NCBI GenBank assembly: GCA_021161465.1
Contig: JAGHAM010000007.1
Span: forward strand, 1-36,798
DNA length: 36,798 nt
Source of the DNA: Candidatus Iainarchaeum sp.
Lineage (GTDB): Archaea; B1Sed10-29; WALL01; JAGHAM01
Reading direction: 5' to 3'
The notes under the pieces are model-generated. The model did no database searches. It was given only the letters and a program-made list of their open reading frames with translations, and was not told where the DNA came from. Shown here one piece after another: positions 25,135-34,332 of this stretch. A program made the translations under genes and the position numbers. Position 1 is the stretch's first letter, and the number at the start of each line of letters is the position of its first letter.

Positions 25135-26622
25135 ATGATTTCAGATACCCTCCATGAGCATGAAAAGAAGGTCCTCATAGCCCTTAAAACTGGCGAGCTT
25201 TCCCAGGAAGAGTTATCTAAGAAAACAGGGCTTCAAGGGGATTCGATTGCACACGCCTGCCTGTGGCTTGAGTCGAAGGGGTTAGTAAAAACAACAGAAG
25301 AGCGCAAAGAACTCTTCAAGCTTGGCAGTGAGGGAAAAAGCTATCTCAAAGAAGGCCTTCCAGAGCGGCAGGTCCTAAGCGAGTTCAAAAAAGGGAGAAA
25401 AACTATTGGTGAGCTGGAGAAAGCACTAGGGAAGGAAAAGACCAAGATAGGGGTCTCCTGGCTTGCTAGGCAAAAACTGGCTAAGATAAAATCAGGCAAG
25501 ATTGAACTCACAGCTGATGGCCTGAAAATGCTGAAGGGAGAAACAAAACACGAGCGCGTTCTTAACATGTTCAAGGAGCATGACAGCATACAACATATCC
25601 AGGGTATTGAGGAGTTACTAAAGCGCGGAAAGCTCATAAAGAAGGTGGATACTGTCAAAAGACGTGTTGCCTTGACGGAAAAAGGGAAAGCATTAGTTGG
25701 CAAGGGAATAAAAATTGAGGATACAGTTAACCTCCTCACAAGCAGGATGATAAAATCAGGAGACTGGAAAAAAGTCAAGCTGAGACCCTATGATGTTACA
25801 GCTCCAGTGCCAGCAACCAAACTTGGTAAGAGGCAACCGTATCTTGCGTTACTTGAAGAGGCAAGGCAGTATCTGATAGCCATGGGATTCATAGAGCTGA
25901 GAACTCCTTTAATAGAAACAGAATTCTGGAATTTTGACACACTTTACCAGCCACAATTCCACCCTGCGAGGACAAGGAGGGATACTTACTATATAAAGAA
26001 GCCAAACAAAGGGGAGATACCGGAGGCATACACAAAAATTATCAAGGAAACCCACGAGAATGGTTGGAAAACAGGAAGCACAGGCTGGAAATATCACTGG
26101 GACCCCGAAAAGGCAAAGAACCTCATATTACGGACGCACACAACCGTGTCATCAGTCAGAGCCATGAATGGGAACAAGAAAACCCCTGCCAAATACTTTA
26201 CGATATCAAGGAACTTTAGGAGGGATGTCATAGACGCCACACATCTCCCAGAGTTTTTCCAGTGTGAAGGAATAATAATACAGGAGAACATGAATTTCAG
26301 GGAATTGCTTGGTGTGCTGAAGGAATTCGCCAAGAAGTTCGCGGGCACCGAAAAGATATCCTTCAGACCGTCTTATTTCCCGTACACTGAACCAAGTGTG
26401 GAACTGGTTGCTGAACATCCAAAACTTGGGCCTATTGAACTTGGAGGAGCAGGCATGTTTAGGCCAGAGGTGCGCCTTCCCGCAGGTGTTGAATCCGAAG
26501 TAATGGCGTGGGGGCTTGGTTTCGACAGGCTTTGTATGATAAAATTAGGTATCAAAGACATTCGTGACCTGTTCTCAAAAGACCTAAACTGGCTTGAAAA
26601 AACACCGGTGGTGATAGACTAA
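25135..26622 (+). CDS. pheS: Phenylalanine--tRNA ligase alpha subunit (archaeal type with N-terminal wHTH repeats)
   Basis: Class II aaRS motifs FHPARTRRDTYYI, ILRTHTTVSSVRAM and FRRDVIDATHLPEFFQCEGI. The ORF track starts at a GTG (25126). The ATG at 25135 (MISDTL...) is preferred. Confidence 0.85.
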   Translation: MISDTLHEHEKKVLIALKTGELSQEELSKKTGLQGDSIAHACLWLESKGLVKTTEERKELFKLGSEGKSYLKEGLPERQVLSEFKKGRKTIGELEKALGKEKTKIGVSWLARQKLAKIKSGKIELTADGLKMLKGETKHERVLNMFKEHDSIQHIQGIEELLKRGKLIKKVDTVKRRVALTEKGKALVGKGIKIEDTVNLLTSRMIKSGDWKKVKLRPYDVTAPVPATKLGKRQPYLALLEEARQYLIAMGFIELRTPLIETEFWNFDTLYQPQFHPARTRRDTYYIKKPNKGEIPEAYTKIIKETHENGWKTGSTGWKYHWDPEKAKNLILRTHTTVSSVRAMNGNKKTPAKYFTISRNFRRDVIDATHLPEFFQCEGIIIQENMNFRELLGVLKEFAKKFAGTEKISFRPSYFPYTEPSVELVAEHPKLGPIELGGAGMFRPEVRLPAGVESEVMAWGLGFDRLCMIKLGIKDIRDLFSKDLNWLEKTPVVID

Positions 26623-28238
26623 TGCCAAAGATAGCTGTCAATCTGGAGGACATCAACCAGCTAACTGGAAAAGACCTGACCATACGGGAATTTGAGAAAA
26701 TAAGCCCAAACATAAAGTGCGAATGGATAGGCGCGCACGACGGCGAGATTGAGTTAGAGGTCACGCACGACCGGCCTGACTTGCTTAGCTCAGAAGGAAT
26801 AGCAAGGGCTCTGAGACAATACTTTGGATTACAGAAAGGCTTACAGAAGCTTGAGTTCAAGAAGTCGGGACTTCATTGCACTGTCGACAAAAGTGTTTTA
26901 CAGGTACGTCCACACTCAAGGATGTTTGTCGTTTATGGTGTCAAACTAACAGATGCCACTGTGCAGCAGCTAATGCAGCTCCAGGAAAAGATACACGCCA
27001 GTTATACACTCAACAGGAAAAACGCCTCCATAGGTGTTTACGACCTGGACACACTAAAGTTCCCGCTAACTTACAAATCTGTCAAAGACATAAGGTTCAT
27101 CCCGCTTGGCGAGAACAGAGAAATGAGTGCGAAGGAGATTCTTGAAAAAACAGAGAAGGGAAGAGCGTATGCTAAACTCATCGAACCAGCTAAATACCCA
27201 ATCATAGTTGATTCAAAAGGAACTGTGTTGTCCATGCCCCCAATAATAAACAGCGAAGATACGAGGGTTACGCCCTCAACTTCAAATCTCTTCGTTGATG
27301 TAAGCGGGGAAGACCAGCTTGCGGTGGAGAAGACTGTAACCCTCATGGCAGTTGCACTCTCGGAGAGGGGAGAAGTTAGAACGGTTAGTATGGACTATCC
27401 TGATAGGAGCATAGAAAGTCCCATGTTGAAAAAGCAAGAGATAAGCACGAGCGCGGGCTTCGTTAATGCTAGGCTTGGGTTACGCCTCTCAGAAAACGAC
27501 ATAAAAGAGCTTCTTGAAAAGGCGGGCTTTGGTGTTAGCTTGGACAGAGGAAGGATAACAGCAGAGGTTCCATGTTACCGCTTTGACATCATGCATGAGA
27601 TTGACCTAACCGAAGAAGTCGCGATGGCTTACGGTTATGACAAGTTAGAACCAGTCTTCCCGGAGATATTTACCATTGGAAAAGCAGATGAAATTGAAAC
27701 ACTCTCAAACAAAACCAGAGAAATAATGATTGGGATGGGCTTTCAAGAAGTTCTGACCTACATCCTTGAAGGCTCAAATCTCTTCGATGCGTTCAATATC
27801 AAGGCTGTCAAATTGGACAACCCCGTTAGCGATGAGCATGACTGCATAAGGAGCTCCCTTGTTCCTGGCTTGATAGAGCTACTATCCAACAACAAGCACT
27901 ACCCATTGCCTCACAAGATATTTGAAGTCGGTGATATAGTGACACAAGGCGACTCACCACTTATGGAAAGGAGGGTCGCAGCAGTTATCTCTGACACAGA
28001 GGCTGGATTCACCCTCATAAAATCCGTTGCAGAGGCTGTTATGAAGAACTTGAATTCTGGTTATAGCATAACAGAGTACGCCGGTAGCCCATTCATAACA
28101 GGTAGGGCTGCTGCAATAGAATCCAACAAAAAGAGGATAGGTGTTTTTGGGGAGGTACACCCTTCAGTCCTGAATCATCTGGATATTGAACATCCTGTTG
28201 TAACGATGGAACTAAACTTAGAAGCCATAAAAAAATAA
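26622..28238 (+). CDS. pheT: Phenylalanine--tRNA ligase beta subunit (archaeal type)
   Basis: N-terminus MPKIAVNLEDINQLTGKDL typical of archaeal PheT. B3/4 and B5-like regions. Its start overlaps the pheS stop (TAATG). Confidence 0.85.
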   Translation: MPKIAVNLEDINQLTGKDLTIREFEKISPNIKCEWIGAHDGEIELEVTHDRPDLLSSEGIARALRQYFGLQKGLQKLEFKKSGLHCTVDKSVLQVRPHSRMFVVYGVKLTDATVQQLMQLQEKIHASYTLNRKNASIGVYDLDTLKFPLTYKSVKDIRFIPLGENREMSAKEILEKTEKGRAYAKLIEPAKYPIIVDSKGTVLSMPPIINSEDTRVTPSTSNLFVDVSGEDQLAVEKTVTLMAVALSERGEVRTVSMDYPDRSIESPMLKKQEISTSAGFVNARLGLRLSENDIKELLEKAGFGVSLDRGRITAEVPCYRFDIMHEIDLTEEVAMAYGYDKLEPVFPEIFTIGKADEIETLSNKTREIMIGMGFQEVLTYILEGSNLFDAFNIKAVKLDNPVSDEHDCIRSSLVPGLIELLSNNKHYPLPHKIFEVGDIVTQGDSPLMERRVAAVISDTEAGFTLIKSVAEAVMKNLNSGYSITEYAGSPFITGRAAAIESNKKRIGVFGEVHPSVLNHLDIEHPVVTMELNLEAIKK

Positions 28239-28265
28239 GGGACTGGCTCAGTCCTCAGAGCCAGT
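28239..28265. terminator. Overlapping hairpins at the convergent junction between pheT and the downstream minus-strand membrane gene. It is a possible bidirectional terminator-like structure.
   Basis: GGACTG-GCT-CAGTCC (6-bp stem) and CTGGCTC-N7-GAGCCAG (7-bp stem), with an A-run immediately upstream. Archaeal terminators are usually T-tracts, so the functional call is weak. Confidence 0.25.
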
Positions 28266-29012
28266 AAATAAATGTTCCATCTCCCTCTCGTGCTTCTTTG
28301 AGATTCTAGCGACAGAATCCTTCATCCCCAGACCAAATGCGAGAGTCATAGCACCGGCAATGCCTAATGAAACGCCAAGAGCCAGGTACTCAAACACTGT
28401 CATTAGCAACTGTGTGTTGATATTGTATTGGGGTATGCTAAGGACAAGCACTGTCGTAAAGTATAGCACAACAGCTTTAATCACCAAGCCGACTGTCTTG
28501 CCATGGAACTTTATCCCCTCCTTGGCTCTGGAAGCAACAAAGTCACCAAGGAGCAGGCCAGATATTAAGATTATCAAGCCCTCCAGCAACCAGGGTATGA
28601 AATTAACGATACCCGTCAGGAAAATCGTCAAAGAGTGCGAGCCAGAAGGGTTTATTGCTGTTTCTATTATGTCAACCGATGCAACAACGAAGTACAGGAA
28701 CACCAGCCATTTTGTTACTCCTGTTATAATGCCACTAAGAGTGAATCCCATCAGCGCATTTGAGAGCCCATGCTCTGCTATTACTTCTTCAAACTTTGCT
28801 TTCCTGAATAGCTTCTTTAGTATAGTCTCAAGCACCACTGATATGAAATAACCAATGACCAAAACGATGAACCCGATAACTATCGCCAATATCACCATAG
28901 TCACATATGGGAGGGTTGTCGCTGAACCAGAGAATAGAGTTGTATAGTTAACCGCTATATTCTCAGCAACACGCAGTAGCATACTAGATATCAAAGCCAT
29001 ATTATCCACCAA
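28248..29012 (-). CDS. Integral membrane protein of unknown function
   Basis: 254 aa with about 6 hydrophobic helices and GxxxG-rich segments. No enzymatic motif was recognised. Confidence 0.45.
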   Translation of the reverse strand: MVDNMALISSMLLRVAENIAVNYTTLFSGSATTLPYVTMVILAIVIGFIVLVIGYFISVVLETILKKLFRKAKFEEVIAEHGLSNALMGFTLSGIITGVTKWLVFLYFVVASVDIIETAINPSGSHSLTIFLTGIVNFIPWLLEGLIILISGLLLGDFVASRAKEGIKFHGKTVGLVIKAVVLYFTTVLVLSIPQYNINTQLLMTVFEYLALGVSLGIAGAMTLAFGLGMKDSVARISKKHEREMEHLFTGSED

Positions 29013-29082
29013 ACATTAAAAAGGCAAGGAGGTTTAAAAAACTTACGGTAAAACAGCAATTAAGCCAGCAGCTGGAATGGTA

Positions 29083-29736
29083 TCATATTTTGCTCTTCAG
29101 GTAGAAATACGAAACCCAAACTACAAGTATCCCAACTGCCATCACAAGCATGATTATGAGTGTGGCAAAAGACTTCCAGCTGGTTTTAGTGGAATCGACA
29201 GAAACTAGGTTGTTATAGATGTATAGGTCAACTAAGTTTGCTTTTACCTTGTTATCGCTAATTGAATAAATATTTTTAGATGCCTTCAAGCTGCCTGGCA
29301 TTTCTATAGTATAAGGTATAGTGATTCCTTTTGATGGTAGCACATTCAGCTTAATATTTAAGGGCACTGCACCCCATGCAATCGAATCCTCAGACACTAA
29401 ATTAGACATAAATTCACGGGTTGCTGCAAAACTGTAAGTTGACTCAAATATTGAAGGATTGGGCTTAAACCCATCCGAACCGGATAACATCTTGGTTCCT
29501 GATATCACAATAGAATCTCCCTCATCCTTGCAGCTTACATCAGAAAAAACAGAATGGAATGGGGAACTGCTCAAGTTGCTGCATAGGGTCCCAACATTAG
29601 TCAGGTCCTTATCAAAATTCTTGCTAACTGATATGGTAATCTTAGACTGCCCATCCGGGAATATGACCTGCTCCACCTTCATGGCAGAAGCAACGGACAG
29701 TAACAGGAGGAACAGTACAAAAAGTTGCATTCTCAT
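29083..29736 (-). CDS. Secreted/surface-anchored hypothetical protein with a Sec signal peptide and a C-terminal TM anchor
   Basis: N-terminus MRMQLFVLFLLLLSVASA and C-terminus LIIMLVMAVGILVVWVSYFYLKSKI. Confidence 0.5.
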   Translation of the reverse strand: MRMQLFVLFLLLLSVASAMKVEQVIFPDGQSKITISVSKNFDKDLTNVGTLCSNLSSSPFHSVFSDVSCKDEGDSIVISGTKMLSGSDGFKPNPSIFESTYSFAATREFMSNLVSEDSIAWGAVPLNIKLNVLPSKGITIPYTIEMPGSLKASKNIYSISDNKVKANLVDLYIYNNLVSVDSTKTSWKSFATLIIMLVMAVGILVVWVSYFYLKSKI

Positions 29737-29789
29737 AAAAATAGTATAACCTAACTACGTATTTAATAATTATGGTATTAGTCCTGCCT

Positions 29790-30980
29790 TCAACCACCAA
29801 AGAATGCTATCTCCTTCTCATCAAGATTGAAAAGTTTTGTGAAGCCAGCTGGGTTTTTCTTGAAAAGTTCCCTTAGGTAAGGCAGATACTCTGTTATGAC
29901 CTCTTTTTTACTGGCATGTATCCTCTCGCCAATCTTGGCTGCGAGAGAGTCTCGCACACCTCGCATTGACTTCGATGAGGAAAGCTTCCTTATGCTGGAT
30001 GGGAACTGGTAAGCTGTGTATCCTCCCTGAGAGTCCGCAAGTGAGGCACCAGCAGTCATCAGGTCTATCTGGTATTTCATAAGGTTCCATGCCTGTCTTT
30101 TGGTTATCCTGCCAGCGAATACATCAGCAAGGGCGAGGTTCTTAAGTACTTCAGCCAGTTCTTTTCCAGAATATTCCGATGGAGCATTGTCCTCAACCCA
30201 CTTAAAAAACAAATCTGGGCTCTCATCGCAATTAGCAAAAGCCTCCCGGGCTTCGGAGAATGACTTCTTTTTGAATATTTTCAAGAGGGCATTGAACACT
30301 GAGCCCTGCTCGTCACGAAGGCCAAGGACATTCAGGCTTTTTATGGTGATGTCACTACCTGAAATTGCCTGCAGGTCATTTATCGCTGACTTTAAGTTCC
30401 CGGACGCGCGTTTCGCCAGCTCGAGAAGTGCATCTTCATCAAAGCTGACACCCTCCGCAGTGCATATATCCCTAAGCCGATTTCTTATGGTTCCATAGTG
30501 GACTTTCTTAAACTTGACTATCTGGCAGTAAGCCCGTATTGACCTCAGTGAATTCGCATAAGCATCATTTGCCGTTAGGAGCACCGGGTTCCTTGATCCC
30601 TTCAAAACTGTTGTAACCGCTGAGGCTCCTCCCCTGTCCTCTCTCATCATCCCATCTATCTCATCGAATAGTATAAGCCTCTTTCCTCCTGAGAAAGTGG
30701 ACGAGACGCTGGCAAGCCCGGCAATATGCTCTACGCTCTTCTTGTTTCTCTCGTCAGATGCGTTCATCTCAAGAACTTCCCAACCCATAGTTCTGGCAAG
30801 CGCGAGCGCAGATGTGGTTTTTCCTGAGCCCGGCGGGCCTACAAGCAGCAGCGGCTTTTTCTTCGGGTTCCAGTTAGTTGCCCAGCTCTTAAGCTCAGCT
30901 ACCGCTGATGGGTTTCCAACAATCTCATCAATATTCCTCGGCGCGTATTTCTCAGTCCACTGGAGGGATGACTCTACCAT
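29790..30980 (-). CDS. rfcL: Replication factor C large subunit
   Basis: N-terminus WTEKYAPRNIDEIVGNPSAVAELKSW. Walker A LLVGPPGSGKTTSALALAR. Walker B/DEAD-like LILFDEIDG. 396 aa. A TATA-like element lies upstream. Confidence 0.85.
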   Translation of the reverse strand: MVESSLQWTEKYAPRNIDEIVGNPSAVAELKSWATNWNPKKKPLLLVGPPGSGKTTSALALARTMGWEVLEMNASDERNKKSVEHIAGLASVSSTFSGGKRLILFDEIDGMMREDRGGASAVTTVLKGSRNPVLLTANDAYANSLRSIRAYCQIVKFKKVHYGTIRNRLRDICTAEGVSFDEDALLELAKRASGNLKSAINDLQAISGSDITIKSLNVLGLRDEQGSVFNALLKIFKKKSFSEAREAFANCDESPDLFFKWVEDNAPSEYSGKELAEVLKNLALADVFAGRITKRQAWNLMKYQIDLMTAGASLADSQGGYTAYQFPSSIRKLSSSKSMRGVRDSLAAKIGERIHASKKEVITEYLPYLRELFKKNPAGFTKLFNLDEKEIAFFGG

Positions 30981-31069
30981 ACAAGAAGATTTAGCGCAGA
31001 GATGTATAAAAATATGTTTTTAAGGGGGCCATAAGCACTCATATCTGGGCTTTAGTTGCTTCCTTGCGC

Positions 31070-32782
31070 TCAGTCAGTTGGCTTAAGCAGGCCTTCCCAC
31101 TTCTCTGAGTCTTTTATGGGTCTCGAAAACTCCTTCTCAACAAGTGGCCTGTGTATTAGATTGTAAGAACAGAAAGGTATGAGCCGTCCATCTGGGATGA
31201 CATAATGAATCCCACATCTTTGGATTCTTTCCTCATCAAAATCATACCCATCCTGGAAGTGCATATCACCAATGAACAGAACGTGCTTATGGAACTCAGC
31301 GGCAGCTCGGTAACTCCCCTCAGTGAATATCTTCTCAATTGCTCCCATCAATGGCTTAGCCTTACCTATATTCCTCAGCTTGATAAGCTTCGGTAGGTGG
31401 AGTAAGAAGTCTTTCTTGCTTTTTATTTTACCCTCCTTAAAAAGCTCAAGAAGCTTCTTCACATCAAGGATACGGTTCAATGGCGTTAGCTCCCCATTAT
31501 CACCAACTATCACATAGACTCCAGAGCCACAAACGGGGTGTATGCTAAGCTCGGGGTAATCATCAGGATTTCTGCTAACCCGTAAGTATTCAAGGATTGG
31601 AACCAGTGCAGGAACGGAAACCCAATCTTCAACCTTTATTGCTCCATCTGTCTGCTCCTCCATCTTATGGAACAAGTCAGTCACTGTGAACCTTTGTTCC
31701 TTCAGCTTCTTCCTGTTTATCCTGCCTGTAAATGAAACGGGCTGGAAATTAACACCTGCAACTATATCTTTGTTTTTAGCTGCAAACCGTATCAGGTCTC
31801 CAATCTGGTCATCATTAACCCCCTTAACCAGCACTGGAACCAAAACTATGTTGGGCCCATAGCCAATGTCCTTCCTAACCTTCCTCAGGTTTTCGATGGC
31901 CTTAACTTTTATTGGAAACGCGTTGAACCCTCTGGCCACCATGTATGGCTTTGGTGTGAGACCGTCAAACTGCATGTAAATCGTAGACGCACCAGCTTTA
32001 GCCAGCTCTTTGGTGAACTCATAATCCCTTGAGAACCTAACAGCATTGCTGGCAATCAGAATCTCCTTGAAACCATACTCCTCTTTAGCTACTCTCACTA
32101 TCTCAGGCAGGTCATTCCTAACCGTCGGCTCACCGCCTGCCATCATTAAGGAATAACACCTTGGCCGCTCATCCACCAATACCTGATACATTTTCCTTAT
32201 CTGTTCCATAGTTGGCTCATACACGTAGCCCTGGTCGTTAGCATTGGCAAAGCAAATAGGGCAATGCATATTGCACCTATTGGTAACATCCATTAGGGCT
32301 AAGACAGTACTGCTCTTGTGCTCATTGCACAGGCCACAATCAAATGGGCATTCCCTTGCAGTTCTGTGTGTTATGGGGACTTTAACACCATTACCCGTGT
32401 GAAAGTCCTTCATGAAATCTTTCCACACGCTGACATCTGAGAACACAATATCTTCAAACTCGCCATGCTCATCGCAGCTCTTCTTCATGACTAGCTTGCC
32501 ATCCTCGCCAACAAGATCCGCTGGAATCCTTTTGTGGCAAACCGGGCAAAGTGAAACTGTCCTCCTCAGAATGTTAGATGACACCTCAACCTCCTGCTCT
32601 CCGTGCTCAGGGCAGACAGTTACTAAAACAGTCTTGTTTCCCTTCTTCTTAACAGTTCCTGGCAAATATTCAAAGCAGATGGGGCATATTGCAGAAATTT
32701 TCCTTGGTAAGACATCCTCTGATAGGGTCAATCCTTCAGAATGCTCCTTGTATGACTCCCCCACAAACTTCATAAGCACCAC
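31070..32782 (-). CDS. Radical SAM enzyme with two N-terminal Cys3His ribbon motifs and an additional CxxxCxxC motif. It may be a tetraether-lipid-synthase (Tes/GDGT-MAS)-like enzyme. Function not established.
   Basis: Canonical radical SAM motif CNMHCPIC, with GGEPT (MMAGGEPTVRND) downstream. A second CxxxCxxC (CPFDCGLC) lies about 25 aa upstream. The N-terminus has two repeats of CPxC-N(18-20)-C-x-EHG. There are 4 further scattered Cys in the C-terminal half. 570 aa. Confidence 0.6.
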   Translation of the reverse strand: MVLMKFVGESYKEHSEGLTLSEDVLPRKISAICPICFEYLPGTVKKKGNKTVLVTVCPEHGEQEVEVSSNILRRTVSLCPVCHKRIPADLVGEDGKLVMKKSCDEHGEFEDIVFSDVSVWKDFMKDFHTGNGVKVPITHRTARECPFDCGLCNEHKSSTVLALMDVTNRCNMHCPICFANANDQGYVYEPTMEQIRKMYQVLVDERPRCYSLMMAGGEPTVRNDLPEIVRVAKEEYGFKEILIASNAVRFSRDYEFTKELAKAGASTIYMQFDGLTPKPYMVARGFNAFPIKVKAIENLRKVRKDIGYGPNIVLVPVLVKGVNDDQIGDLIRFAAKNKDIVAGVNFQPVSFTGRINRKKLKEQRFTVTDLFHKMEEQTDGAIKVEDWVSVPALVPILEYLRVSRNPDDYPELSIHPVCGSGVYVIVGDNGELTPLNRILDVKKLLELFKEGKIKSKKDFLLHLPKLIKLRNIGKAKPLMGAIEKIFTEGSYRAAAEFHKHVLFIGDMHFQDGYDFDEERIQRCGIHYVIPDGRLIPFCSYNLIHRPLVEKEFSRPIKDSEKWEGLLKPTD

Positions 32783-32892
32783 GGTGCTATCATTAAGTAA
32801 CTTCTATCTTTTTATAGGTTACTCAAAGGGATAACTGCCACTGTGTGAGCTCGTGTGAATTATTATATTGGATTATAAACAAAAGTTATGTG

Positions 32893-34062
32893 ATGAAGAT
32901 AGGAGTAGTTGGCAAACCATCAAGCGGAAAAAGCACATTCCTCAATGCTGCCACTTTGGTAGGCGCAGAAATGGCGCCTCATCCTTTTACAACCATAAAA
33001 CCGAACTTGGGCACTGCCTACATCCGTGCTAACTGCCCATGCAAGGAATTCAACCTGCAGTGCTCGCCAAGGCATGGGAAGTGTGTTAATGGGATACGAT
33101 TTGTGCCTGTGACACTGGTAGATGTTGCAGGGCTGGTACCGGATGCACACAAAGGCAAAGGCATGGGTAACCAGTTCCTGTCGGACTTGGCTGACGCCGA
33201 TGCACTGATTCACGTTGTTGATGCATCCGGCCAGACAGATGAGCAGGGAAACCCCACAAAAGGCCATGACCCCATAAAAGATGTGGATTTCCTGGAGAAA
33301 GAGATAGAATACTGGATGTATGGGATAGTCCATAAGAAATGGGGACAGATAAAGCGGCAAACAAAAATGAAGACCACAAAGCTGTATGAGGGCATCTACA
33401 AGCAGTTAAGTGGCCTAAGGATATCTGAGGAAGAAGTGAAAAGGTTGGTTAACGAGCTTGGCATAACCACAGAGTCAACGGATGAAGAGCTGTTCAAGCT
33501 TATAAGAGAGATACGCAAGATGAATAAGCCAATTGCCCTTGCAGCAAACAAGATAGACCTGCCAGAAGCTGATAACAACTACAAGAGGATGAAGGAAAAA
33601 TTTGATGGCGGTGTCACTCACTGCTGCTCAGAAGCTGAGCTGGCGCTCAGGAAGGCAACAGAACAGGGTGTGATAGAGTATATCCCGGGTGAAAGCAGCT
33701 TTAAGGCTCTAAAGGAGTTAAAACCAGAACAGGAAAAGGCCTTAAACTTTATAAGGGAGAACGTGTTAGACAAGTATGGGAGCACAGGTGTGCAGAAGTG
33801 CATAGAGCACACCGTACGCGACATGCTTGAGATGATTGTGGTCTACCCTGTTGAAGATGAGAAAAAGCTAACAGACAAGAAAGGGAACGTCCTCCCTGAC
33901 GCCCTCCTCCTGCCAAAGGGCTCCACAGCACTTGATTTAGCTTACAAGATACACACGGAAATTGGAGAAAAGTTCATAGGCGCGATTGACTGCAGGAGTC
34001 ACAAGAGGATAGGGAAGGACCACCAGCTCAAAGATGGAGACATCATAAAGATATTGGTGTAA
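32893..34062 (+). CDS. Obg-family GTPase of the YchF/OLA1 type (G domain plus C-terminal TGS), with a Cys4 insertion
   Basis: G1 GVVGKPSSGKST. G2/switch HPFTTIKPNLG. G3 DVAGLV. G4 NKID. A C-terminal TGS-like region (KDGDIIKILV). Inserted Cys cluster CPCKEFNLQCSPRHGKC. The start is taken at MKIGVVG (32893). Confidence 0.65.
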   Translation: MKIGVVGKPSSGKSTFLNAATLVGAEMAPHPFTTIKPNLGTAYIRANCPCKEFNLQCSPRHGKCVNGIRFVPVTLVDVAGLVPDAHKGKGMGNQFLSDLADADALIHVVDASGQTDEQGNPTKGHDPIKDVDFLEKEIEYWMYGIVHKKWGQIKRQTKMKTTKLYEGIYKQLSGLRISEEEVKRLVNELGITTESTDEELFKLIREIRKMNKPIALAANKIDLPEADNNYKRMKEKFDGGVTHCCSEAELALRKATEQGVIEYIPGESSFKALKELKPEQEKALNFIRENVLDKYGSTGVQKCIEHTVRDMLEMIVVYPVEDEKKLTDKKGNVLPDALLLPKGSTALDLAYKIHTEIGEKFIGAIDCRSHKRIGKDHQLKDGDIIKILV

Positions 34063-34097
34063 CACCCAAAAACATCTGACTTGAGAGGTTAATTGCT

Positions 34098-34328
34098 ATG
34101 GGGCTATTAAATCAAAATATTGCTGTTGCAGGATTTATACTGGTAGTAATTGGTATGGTCTTGATGGTAGCTGGAAGTATACAGGGCGCGAAAGTGGAAA
34201 GCGCTGGATTGGTCCTCATAGGGCCATTTCCCATAGTGTGGGGTAGTGACACCAAGCTTTTGATTCCAGTGCTCATTTTAACCATCGCAATAATACTTCT
34301 TGTGTGGCTTCTTGGCTTACAGCACTAA
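34098..34328 (+). CDS. Small (76 aa) two-helix membrane protein
   Basis: Two hydrophobic helices separated by GAKVESAG. An SD-like GAGAGGT lies about 9 nt upstream. No other gene occupies this interval. Confidence 0.4.
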   Translation: MGLLNQNIAVAGFILVVIGMVLMVAGSIQGAKVESAGLVLIGPFPIVWGSDTKLLIPVLILTIAIILLVWLLGLQH

Positions 34329-34332
34329 GTTG

